Made by a program: the position numbers and the translations under genes
Part shown: positions 19,894-28,528 of the stretch, one piece after another
Position numbering within the stretch: the stretch's first letter is position 1
How the letters are laid out: each line of letters opens with the position of its first letter
NCBI GenBank assembly: GCA_020426395.1
Contig: JAGQQC010000001.1
Location: 1-45,450 of the forward strand
DNA length: 45,450 bases
Source: Planctomycetaceae bacterium
GTDB lineage: Bacteria > Planctomycetota > Planctomycetia > Planctomycetales > Planctomycetaceae
Direction: 5' to 3'
Notes under the pieces: model-generated
Database searches by the model: none
What the model was told of the DNA's origin: nothing
What the model saw: only the letters and a program-made list of their open reading frames with translations

Positions 19894-20841
19894 TCAGGCA
19901 GCGTCCGTATTCAACAGGGCCAGTGTGCCTAGACCATAGAACGTGTACTCAACATCGGCTTGGTCATCCCAGTGAGCACCACGGAATCCACCAGTAGGGA
20001 ATTCCAGTTGCGTTTCAAAGAACTGTTGCACTTGCGCGGGTTGAAGGAGTTGCTCTACAGGAATGTTGAGATCCTGAAGGGTCAATAGCCCTGTAAAGGT
20101 AGAAAGACCATCCGCAAAGGGGATCCGTGTGTTGGCTTGAAAACCTCCTTCGTTGCTGCGGACTTCTTTCAGGAAATGGAGCAGATCGGTTTCCAGTTCC
20201 TGGTCCCAGGCATCGAGCAGCTTCAGGAGGACAACGGCAGCAGCGGTTGGATTCGTTCCGCTCCGTTTCATCGGAGCAATTTCCACAAATCCGCCGTCAT
20301 CGCGCTGGCGATCGTACAGGAATTGAATCAAGGCGTTGGGACGCGGAACGGTTTGTCCCAGAAATTGATAACAGAGGACGGTCAGAAACGATTGATAAGT
20401 GCTGCCAGCCGCCCCCTGCTCTGACTTGGCGTAACCGCCGTCCTCTCGCCGAAACGATTCCAGTCGTGCAGAAAGTTGGGGGATCAGATCGGACGAAAAA
20501 GTGGTCGTGATATCAATCCCGGTGGCAACTTGTAACATCAAGGCTGAATTCAACCAACTAATCAAATCGACGACATTCAACATTTGCGGATGATGTACTT
20601 CCAGAAAGGAGAGCGTGCGTTCGGCGACTTCTGAAGTCAAACCGGAAACAAGCGTCAATCCTCGCAAGGCGAAGCTGGTGTAATACAGGTCCGAGTCTCC
20701 ATCCCGCCCCATAAACCCACCGTCTGCCTGTTGTTGCGCCTGAATAAACTGGGCATGCCGCGCGCAACGCTCCTGATCCCAGTCGCGCAAACCGGAATAC
20801 AGACGGTTAGCGAGTTGAATCAAATAGGGCTCGGACGACAT
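19894..20841 (-). CDS. Prenyltransferase/squalene-oxidase repeat protein (protein prenyltransferase beta-like)
   Basis: Repeated Q..DGGF-type motifs (QQADGGF, RREDGGY, QRDDGGF, SNEGGF, PTGGF), plus DLYYT and DVEYTFY. Confidence 0.8.
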   Translation of the reverse strand: MSSEPYLIQLANRLYSGLRDWDQERCARHAQFIQAQQQADGGFMGRDGDSDLYYTSFALRGLTLVSGLTSEVAERTLSFLEVHHPQMLNVVDLISWLNSALMLQVATGIDITTTFSSDLIPQLSARLESFRREDGGYAKSEQGAAGSTYQSFLTVLCYQFLGQTVPRPNALIQFLYDRQRDDGGFVEIAPMKRSGTNPTAAAVVLLKLLDAWDQELETDLLHFLKEVRSNEGGFQANTRIPFADGLSTFTGLLTLQDLNIPVEQLLQPAQVQQFFETQLEFPTGGFRGAHWDDQADVEYTFYGLGTLALLNTDAA

Positions 20842-20964
20842 AAAATGACTCGGTTAGAGAAGAGTCGGGAGGGAGAGTTATTCAGGAGTGTGCCCTATGC
20901 AGGCAGGAAGATTGTGTTGAGGATAACAGGCAAGAAGAGAGAACAACAGTCTCGAACCGCCGGA

Positions 20965-23900
20965 TTACCTGGTCGGTTTTTCGTCCTCAGGGAGGGGAGG
21001 CTCTTCCGTTTCTTTTTTATCCGGCTCGTCCGCTAAGGGGGTGGCGCGGATGGTGAAGTCGCGAAAAGCGAATTCGATTCGCTGTTTTTCCGGATTAAGC
21101 ACGATGTTATACGAGTCAACCGCAGCCGGGGTTTGATGCTGAAACAGAATTTTGCCCGTACGGCGATCAAGAACCATTGTCTTGAGGATCTGTGAAGTGC
21201 GAAATGTCTGAGAGTTTTCCTTGATCTTGATCGAGAACAACATCAACGGTAGTTCATTGATCTGATCGTGGTAAAACATTTCTCCGTTGAATGCTTGTTG
21301 CCAGGCGAGTGACTGGTCCTGGCGATTGATCGCAAAACAGCCTCCGTTTACCAGGAATGGGGTATGCAAGGAACGGGGGTTTTGAGGGTAGTAAAAACTC
21401 GCGTTCCGGTCATGTTCTTTTTCAACGAGTACCAGGTATTGGTTGTCTGTAGTGACGAGACGAATTTTTTCCAGTTTTTCAATCGGGTCGACTTTCAACT
21501 CAATCATTTTCTGACCGGTGGTGAGGTCGACCAGATGGAAATTTCCCTCCGGATCGAGAACGGCCAGGCGATCTCCTACTTCGTCTCGTTGAACATCCAT
21601 TGCGGAATTGAGGGGGAACTTGTGATTCCAGATCGTATTGCCGTTTTCGATTTCCTGAGCGTAGACGGTTAAATCTCCATTCAGGACACCTGAGAAGACG
21701 CATTCGTTTGAAAGAATCGCGATCGGTTGATGACCAAGTTGGGGAGTAATTGTGTTTAAGACTTCGCCTGTAATAGCGTTGTAAGCAGTGATGGTTCGCG
21801 GCATGCGCGGGTCGGAGGAGAGTGCGCCCAGAACGGCCTCATTTCCAAAGAGCAGAGACGACTCGGAAACACGTTTGACCTGCCAGAGCACACGACCCGT
21901 TTCCAGTTCGGCTGAATAGAGCGTGCTTCCAATGCGGTAATAAATTCGGTCTTCCAGGATGGGCCCGGCGAAGGGTACAGAGATGTCGTACCAGGGGGTT
22001 CGATTCCGAATGTGACTGGAGAGACTTTCTTCCTCGGTTTCATTCAAAGACCGATTCCAGAGCATGGTGGGGGAATCGTCTGGACCACGGCTGATCCAGA
22101 CACTCAATTCACCATTCAAGATAAGGAGCATGACCGGCCCACTGGTATAGACGGAAGTCCGATCCGTATTTCTTCCCTGGACGGTTTTCTTCGGAAATGG
22201 AAAAGCCCATTTCTGTTCCTGAAAACGGGTTTCAATTTCCAGTTGGTGTTGAGGGTAATTCCAATAGAACCGACAGGATGTAAAGGGGCCCGTTTGATCG
22301 ACAAAATGAGAAAGTTCAATCTTGTTTAGATTCGATGAGGGAGACGTATTCGTCTGATATTGCTGGACATCGTAATTTTCGACGCCATGAAATGTCTCTC
22401 GCAGCTCGTTGGTTTTTTGCAGTTCTGCTTGCTGCTGCTGGGCAAATTCTTTACCGGTCAGATTTTCGTGGAAGAGTCTGCTTTCGAACTGAGTGGCAAT
22501 CTTACTGAGACAGTCTTGCGCAAGTTCCTGTTCGCCCGCTTCCTGTAAATGTTCGTAATACAGGTAGGCCCATTCAGCTCCCTCTTCCGGGTCATGGAAC
22601 GCCAATTGCTGCAAGTACAAGTTTCGTTGTAGTTCGAGGCGGACGAGTTCATCTGCCTTTACGACAGTTCTCGATTTCTCTCGGAGCTGAGCTATCTGGA
22701 GATTGGTTTGTTCAACTAATCTTTTTTGCAGAGGAAGAGCGAGAGGGATGTCGCGGAAAACCTGTTCCAGATGAGTGAGTTGCTGAAGATCGTCTGCTGG
22801 GATATCGGCGAGAATTTGATCCAGTCGCTTTCGAATGATTTCCTTTTCGGATTGGTTCAGTCTGGAATACAACTCGGTAATGCGAGAACGAAACCAGAGG
22901 GTCGGAGTAAGTGACGTTTTTTCCAGTTTGATTAAGGGAAGCTGGTCGGGCATTCCTTTTTGAATAAACGAGAACGTCGATTCAAACGCGAGTAAGTATT
23001 CTCTTCGCTGAACGTAACGATCGATGATCAGCTTCAATACGGAGAAAGAGTCATCTGCCGTGGTAATGAGCGAGAGAAGTTCGTTAATCGCCGGTTCGGC
23101 TTCGTCGGGCTCAAACTGGACCTGCTCCATCAAAAGGCGAATCAGCAGGCGGCGTGCTTCGGGCGAGTCATGTTGGTTGTTCAATTCTCGCAACTGAGTA
23201 AGCCCGGTATTCTGATGACCGGCTAACAGTTGGGCATGTGCTTCGCGATAAAGTGTTTCCGAGGAGGGGGCATCCGCTTTTAGGGCGATGGCAAGCTGTT
23301 CCTCAGCCGTCTCGCGGGTAGGAAAGCTGATTAAGTATTCTTCCCCCAGACAAAATAATTCTCCTTCACTCGCGAATAGGACTCCGCGAGTTTGATGAGG
23401 ATTAAGTACGTACTGGGATAAAGTCCGACCGGATTCCGTTTGGAGGCTCAGAATCAGACCGGAGTTCAGCGGGATGTGGATCAGCTCGCCAGCTAATAGC
23501 GGACGCCCGGACGGCAGGTCGTTCAGTTTGCTTTTCCATAGGGTCTCCCCCGTGACGAGATGAATTGATTCCACCGAGGTGCGGTTGAGTACAAATAGTT
23601 GCTGATGCAGAATTCCGATTAGACAGACCAGATTTTTCTGTTCTCGCCTCCAGTTTAGTGTTCCCGTGGCGACATCGATGCTGAAAAAAGTGGAACTGTC
23701 GGGGGGAGCCAGTACCACATGGCCGTTTGCAGCCACAGGAAGTGATTCTCCTCCTGGGTGGTTCATCTCAGTTGAGGGGAGTAAGTAGCCCGAATCGATC
23801 ATATCGGACGAGTTTGCGAGTAGCTGATATCTTGTGGAAAAACTGGGATATTTGGCCGTCCAGATCCAGCGTTTTTCAGAAAGGTCATACGCGTTCAGAT

Positions 23901-25620
23901 ATCCATTGCCTGTTGGGCAGAGTAACACCTGGTCGAGCAAAGAAGGGGAGAGTTCGTAATTACTGAGTAATAGCTCCTCTGTTTCCCGTCGAGTTAACTC
24001 CTGGAGTGATTGTTGTAGAAGTAGATGCCCAGTCTCGGCTTCGATTGTCAGGAGCAGCAATTCCGTTCCACTAATGGCAATGGCATACAGTTTGTCCTCG
24101 ACACAAAGAGGAGCCCCCATAAAGAAGTAACCTGCGAGGGGTAAGATCTGGAACTGGCGCGTTCCACCAATTTCCCATTCAAATTTTCCCGATTGAGCTT
24201 CCAGCGCATACAGACGGTTGAATCGTTCAACATGTCGGTCTCCGTCAAAAACACGCATTGCCTGGGTCAGCTCTTCATCAGGAAGAACCATGTCCAGGGC
24301 GAAGACCAATTTTCCGTTACTGCTGATCGACTGACCGCGGCTGTCCAGCCAAAGTTTAGAGCGGAGCAAATTTTCCAGTTGGGTTCGTCCGTCCGCCAGT
24401 TTGGTTTCGCTGGGAGTGGGTTGTTCCAGAATTTCGCTTTGAAATTCCAGGTCGGGTTGAACATAGCGCCAAACCAGTTCGCCCGTGTTATTGTCGCGCG
24501 CTTCCATCCCGGAAAGAGTGCGGATGATTAAGAACGATCCAATTTTCAGCGGCTCGTTTACCGAGATCAGTTCCTGTTCCTGTGTTGCCGTGGCTTCGAT
24601 CAGGGAACGGAGAATTTTCCGGGCTGGTTCGAGTCCGTCTGGCCTTGCTTCTAATGCAGAGGCGAGCAGATCAATTTGCCAGCGGGGAGCTCCTTGAGGC
24701 GCGGCGGTCGTGATTACATTTCGATGGAGGTTCCCTCGGCTGTGGGTCCAGTTTTTTATTTCGGGAAAACGGGCTGACGTCGGTTTCTGTTGTGCCGCGT
24801 GCAGTAGCTTGTCTGAAAATTGAGCTAATGAAAGATTCTTCCCTTCAAGAGAGAGTGTTTTGTCGGGAGAACTCATTTTAACCTGATTGAGCAGTGCTAG
24901 TGCCCGCTCTCGTTCTCCTGTTTGTAGAAAAGCCCAGGCAAGACGGAATAATAACTGGGGTTGAGTCGAGGGGTTTTTGCGGATTGCTCGTTCGTAATAG
25001 CGGATAGCCGTTGAGAACTGGCTTCGGTCGAAATAGAGGTTACCCAGTTGGACAGCCGCTTTGCGACCGCTGGTGGTCTGTGGATATAACCGAAGAAGCT
25101 CTTCAAGAAGCTCTTGTTGATTTCGGGGGTTCGATTCCTGTTCGTATTGCTGGTACAGGGCATCGGCGGCGGTTCCCTGTTGCAGGTTGTAAATTCGCTG
25201 TGCTTCTGGCGGAAGATTCTCCAGTAGATTCAGCGCGATATTCTTGATCGAAAGCGGCTGCACCTGCTGGAACGCGGGAACGAGTTCCGGTTTGAGCAGC
25301 AAGTCGGTGTCCAGTTCCAGAATCGATTCAATCAGCCGAAATGCATTGCCGTATTCCGCAGCATTAAATGCTTCGAGAGCGGTATCAAGTTTTCGGAGTA
25401 ATTCCTGTTGTTCGCCAATGGATTCCTGTACTTCCGAGGGTGTCGTCGTGGCAGGCGTGGTTCCGGGTTGTGCTTTGGTTGGATCAATCCCGGGTTTCTC
25501 CAGGAGATTTTGTGCTTCTTCTGTGATGTTCTGCGGTACCTGTGCGGGCAACTCATGACAAACGGATAGACCGAGAGTGCTGAGTAGAAAACAATACGTG
25601 ATCAGTCGTCGCTGCCACAT
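20965..25620 (-). CDS. Large exported protein with TPR and PQQ/BamB-like beta-propeller repeats
   Basis: Signal-like MWQRRLITYCFLLSTLGL. TPR motifs (LGNLYFDRSQFSTAIRYYER) and many A.D..TG..W repeats. The ORF-track start at 25902 is probably over-extended. Confidence 0.85.
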   Translation of the reverse strand: MWQRRLITYCFLLSTLGLSVCHELPAQVPQNITEEAQNLLEKPGIDPTKAQPGTTPATTTPSEVQESIGEQQELLRKLDTALEAFNAAEYGNAFRLIESILELDTDLLLKPELVPAFQQVQPLSIKNIALNLLENLPPEAQRIYNLQQGTAADALYQQYEQESNPRNQQELLEELLRLYPQTTSGRKAAVQLGNLYFDRSQFSTAIRYYERAIRKNPSTQPQLLFRLAWAFLQTGERERALALLNQVKMSSPDKTLSLEGKNLSLAQFSDKLLHAAQQKPTSARFPEIKNWTHSRGNLHRNVITTAAPQGAPRWQIDLLASALEARPDGLEPARKILRSLIEATATQEQELISVNEPLKIGSFLIIRTLSGMEARDNNTGELVWRYVQPDLEFQSEILEQPTPSETKLADGRTQLENLLRSKLWLDSRGQSISSNGKLVFALDMVLPDEELTQAMRVFDGDRHVERFNRLYALEAQSGKFEWEIGGTRQFQILPLAGYFFMGAPLCVEDKLYAIAISGTELLLLTIEAETGHLLLQQSLQELTRRETEELLLSNYELSPSLLDQVLLCPTGNGYLNAYDLSEKRWIWTAKYPSFSTRYQLLANSSDMIDSGYLLPSTEMNHPGGESLPVAANGHVVLAPPDSSTFFSIDVATGTLNWRREQKNLVCLIGILHQQLFVLNRTSVESIHLVTGETLWKSKLNDLPSGRPLLAGELIHIPLNSGLILSLQTESGRTLSQYVLNPHQTRGVLFASEGELFCLGEEYLISFPTRETAEEQLAIALKADAPSSETLYREAHAQLLAGHQNTGLTQLRELNNQHDSPEARRLLIRLLMEQVQFEPDEAEPAINELLSLITTADDSFSVLKLIIDRYVQRREYLLAFESTFSFIQKGMPDQLPLIKLEKTSLTPTLWFRSRITELYSRLNQSEKEIIRKRLDQILADIPADDLQQLTHLEQVFRDIPLALPLQKRLVEQTNLQIAQLREKSRTVVKADELVRLELQRNLYLQQLAFHDPEEGAEWAYLYYEHLQEAGEQELAQDCLSKIATQFESRLFHENLTGKEFAQQQQAELQKTNELRETFHGVENYDVQQYQTNTSPSSNLNKIELSHFVDQTGPFTSCRFYWNYPQHQLEIETRFQEQKWAFPFPKKTVQGRNTDRTSVYTSGPVMLLILNGELSVWISRGPDDSPTMLWNRSLNETEEESLSSHIRNRTPWYDISVPFAGPILEDRIYYRIGSTLYSAELETGRVLWQVKRVSESSLLFGNEAVLGALSSDPRMPRTITAYNAITGEVLNTITPQLGHQPIAILSNECVFSGVLNGDLTVYAQEIENGNTIWNHKFPLNSAMDVQRDEVGDRLAVLDPEGNFHLVDLTTGQKMIELKVDPIEKLEKIRLVTTDNQYLVLVEKEHDRNASFYYPQNPRSLHTPFLVNGGCFAINRQDQSLAWQQAFNGEMFYHDQINELPLMLFSIKIKENSQTFRTSQILKTMVLDRRTGKILFQHQTPAAVDSYNIVLNPEKQRIEFAFRDFTIRATPLADEPDKKETEEPPLPEDEKPTR

Positions 25621-26010
25621 GTGCTGCAAGGGGAGGTTCCGAATATGAAAGATTGTCAGGAAGGATCGAGGGGGATAGCTACAGGGGGACATAATCGGGC
25701 GAATCATGTTCACTGAGAGCGGAACTTTATTATAGAGGCCAAATAATGAGAGCAGAAGCGGCAAATCGTGGGTTCCAGTCCGTGGAAGTGGATCGTTTCC
25801 TCGGGTCATTTGGCCTGTAACGTCCTCCTGATGTCCAGTTATGCGTCGAATCAGTCGGAAAGCGACGCTTTCCGCAAGGCTTTTTCTATGATAGGGTGTC
25901 ATTTCTTTCTTACAATAAGAAGAGACCGCTGGCCTGTACGATTTCTATACAAAAGGCCATAGGCTCGAAATCTTTTTCTGACATTGATGCTCCGACCCTG
26001 AGACCGCTTT

Positions 26011-26643
26011 ATGCCCGACATCGAGGAACTCGAACAACGACTCATCGAGGGAGACCGTGCTGCGCTGGCCGAATTGTTCCAGGTGCATTACGAGCGTTTG
26101 TGGCGGATTGTCCATTTCCGCCTCGATCCTCGGCTGCATGGTCGTATTGATGCGGAAGACGTGTTGCAGGATGCTTTTATCGATGCGGAAAAACGGATCG
26201 ATACTGTTCTGCACGAAACTCCCGGTTCGGTTTTTATCTGGCTCCGGTTGATTGTCAGCCAGACTTTGACCGATCTACACCGGAAGCATTTAATGGCGCA
26301 GAAACGGTCGGCTAAGAAAGAAATCCGCGTCAATCATCAGAAATACAGCAGCGAATCGACCTCGTTTGCACTCTCGTTCCATTTACTGGGGCATTTAACC
26401 TCTCCCAGTCAGGCGGTCTTGAGAACAGAAATTTCGGAAAATCTGGAGGCTGCGCTTTCCAGTTTAAGTGAAATTGATCGGGAGGTGCTCGCTCTGCGTC
26501 ATTTTGAGGAATTGACGAATTCAGAGACCGCACAAATTCTCAAATTGACTCCCCAGGCAGCCTCGGTTCGCTATATTCGGGCGATAAAGCATTTGAAACA
26601 TATTTTGTCGGCAATTCCCGGGTTGATGCCGGAAGACTCCTGA
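26011..26643 (+). CDS. ECF sigma-70 factor, planctomycete type
   Basis: GDRAALAELF, RLDPRL..RIDAEDVLQD (region 2), TSPSQ linker and DREVLALRHFEEL...ETA (region 4). Confidence 0.92.
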   Translation: MPDIEELEQRLIEGDRAALAELFQVHYERLWRIVHFRLDPRLHGRIDAEDVLQDAFIDAEKRIDTVLHETPGSVFIWLRLIVSQTLTDLHRKHLMAQKRSAKKEIRVNHQKYSSESTSFALSFHLLGHLTSPSQAVLRTEISENLEAALSSLSEIDREVLALRHFEELTNSETAQILKLTPQAASVRYIRAIKHLKHILSAIPGLMPEDS

Positions 26644-26659
26644 CGTATTGAGATGAGGT

Positions 26660-26688
26660 TGCCCTCCCGTTTTGAGCGAGGAGGGCGG
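26660..26688 (+). terminator. Possible hairpin/terminator after the ECF gene
   Basis: GCCCTCC...GGAGGGC stem with a weak U tract. Confidence 0.4.
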
Positions 26689-26823
26689 ACCTTTCCTTAA
26701 AATTGATCAGGAACAGAATTCGGGCCTCACCTTGACCGCTCGCCCCGATGTATAATCATTCTGGCGAATGAAGTTGCGCGCCTCACTCCCTCTGTTTCTA
26801 TCGTCCGAAGCAGTGAGTTGGAA

Positions 26824-28098
26824 ATGAGTGAAGCGGTCAGTGCCTATGAGATGAAGGTGTACGGCGTGCCGGACCAGACCTCCACCGATGAAACTCAAAC
26901 TCGGGATCTCCTGGAGATCCTGCTGACGCAATATCTGGAAGAGATGCGCAAAGGGACTCTTCCGGAACTTGAAGTGTACGTGAAGCGATACCCTCATTTG
27001 GCGGAAGAGATTAAAGAACTCTTTCCCATTGCTGCCAGCATGGAGCAATGGAAATCGACGAAAGATATGGACCTCGCCCAGCGCGAACAGTTGCGTCCCA
27101 TCAAGCTGGAAAAGGTTGGTCCTTATAAGCTTGTGCGTGAAATCGGACGGGGAGGAATGGGGGTCGTTTTCGAAGCGGCTCATGAGCAATCCGGCCATCG
27201 CGTTGCTTTGAAACTGTTGCTCACCGGTTTTGCCCATGCGAAAAAATGGCGAGAACGATTTCAAACCGAAGCCCGCTTGGCTGCTCAATTGCAGCATACG
27301 AATATCGTGTCGGTTCTTGATTTTGGCGAAGCGGAAGGAAGTTGTTATTACGCAATGCAACTGGTGGAAGGGATGAGCCTGCACTGGTTGATTCGTCGTT
27401 TGACGGAACCTGCTGGAATGGTCTCCGCAGCGGAAATATCGGCTGCCTATCAAAATGGCGGGGAATTGAAAGCCGATTCGGAGAAGCAGAAAGAACCTCC
27501 TCAGGATGATGCCCGAAGTTTGAAAAGACACGCCTGGAAGCAGATGGGCAAAATCGCGATTCAGGTTGCCAAAGCGCTGCAACATGCCCATCAGGCGGAA
27601 ACATTACATCGAGACATTAAACCTTCCAACTTGCTACTCGATCCACGTGGGCACATTCGAATTACCGACTTCGGCCTTGCACAACAGTTAGAAGAACAAA
27701 GCGAGATTCAATCGGCGATTGTCGCCGGCACGCTCCGTTATATGTCACCGGAAAGCTTGCATGGGGCCTGGGATGAGCGAAGCGACATTTATTCCTTCGG
27801 CGCAACGTTCTATGAATTGATCACACTTCACAAAATGATCGCGGGTGATAATCCAAATGACGTAATCGCCGCAATCCAGTCCGGGGCCATCGCACCCCCA
27901 CGTGCGATTAATCCAGATATTCCCCGCCCGTTGGAAGCGATTATCTACAAAGCAACGCAAGTGCACCCGGAAGATCGTTATCAGACAGCACGTCACATCA
28001 AACGGGATATTGCTCGCTTTCTCCGTGATGAACCCGTCGAGGCCCCTCCCCTGCAAAGTTCGACTTCCGTGCGGAATTTCTTCTCGCTGAAGAAATGA
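26824..28098 (+). CDS. Cytoplasmic Ser/Thr protein kinase associated with the ECF sigma factor
   Basis: N-terminal 'G..P.LE.YV.RYP.LA.EI' segment typical of planctomycete ECF-linked kinases. GRGGMG.V, VALK, HRDIKPSN, DFG, GTLRYMSPE and SDIYSFG motifs; no TM segment. Confidence 0.92.
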   Translation: MSEAVSAYEMKVYGVPDQTSTDETQTRDLLEILLTQYLEEMRKGTLPELEVYVKRYPHLAEEIKELFPIAASMEQWKSTKDMDLAQREQLRPIKLEKVGPYKLVREIGRGGMGVVFEAAHEQSGHRVALKLLLTGFAHAKKWRERFQTEARLAAQLQHTNIVSVLDFGEAEGSCYYAMQLVEGMSLHWLIRRLTEPAGMVSAAEISAAYQNGGELKADSEKQKEPPQDDARSLKRHAWKQMGKIAIQVAKALQHAHQAETLHRDIKPSNLLLDPRGHIRITDFGLAQQLEEQSEIQSAIVAGTLRYMSPESLHGAWDERSDIYSFGATFYELITLHKMIAGDNPNDVIAAIQSGAIAPPRAINPDIPRPLEAIIYKATQVHPEDRYQTARHIKRDIARFLRDEPVEAPPLQSSTSVRNFFSLKK

Positions 28099-28237
28099 AT
28101 TCGTCTGATTTCCTCCCGTCGCTCGCTTCACGCTGGAGTATTTGTACACGGTTCTGCACAATGAGTTGTAGTGCTTTGTCTCCCGCTGAATTTCATTCGA
28201 TTGAAGAACCAGTAAACAAGTGAAAGAGAATGAAAAA

Positions 28238-28442
28238 GGGTGCCACGGTTAGACTCGCTAACCGTGCCGATGTTTGGACGAATTTGAGTTGATGTTCATC
28301 GGGTTACCATTAAGTCCAGTAACTCCTGGACATGGGCCTGTTACTGATCTTTTCCTGATTTGTATATTGGTAGTTTTCCATTGGAAGTCTTTCTTCACTC
28401 AAAATCACAATGGCACGGGTCGCGAGTCTAACCGTGGCACCC
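28238..28442. repeat. Inverted doublet of 31-bp palindromic repeats (REP/REPIN-like)
   Basis: GGGTGCCACGGTTAGACTCGCTAACCGTGCC (28238-28268) matches the reverse complement of 28412-28442 at 29/31 positions. The first unit has an internal CACGGTTAG/CTAACCGTG hairpin. Confidence 0.8.
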
Positions 28443-28528
28443 GGAATAAATTACATCTGATTAGTAGCGGTAGACAGAAGTCGTAGAAGAAATAAAACCA
28501 GCCCTGTGCCCGCAATTCTTGGAGGAAA

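Noticed and set aside
25621-25902. 94-aa N-terminal extension of the 1645 aa ORF
   Set aside because: It precedes a signal-peptide-like segment and occupies the divergent promoter region, so it is likely untranslated.
26732-26756. TTGACC...TATAAT promoter before the kinase
   Set aside because: The spacing is only 13 bp. The -10 may be real, but the pair is not supportable.
26707-27591. 294 aa - strand ORF
   Set aside because: Antisense to the well-supported Ser/Thr kinase.
28238-28442. Possible CRISPR repeats or IS ends
   Set aside because: Only two units, inverted rather than direct, with no cas or transposase gene and no clear target-site duplication.
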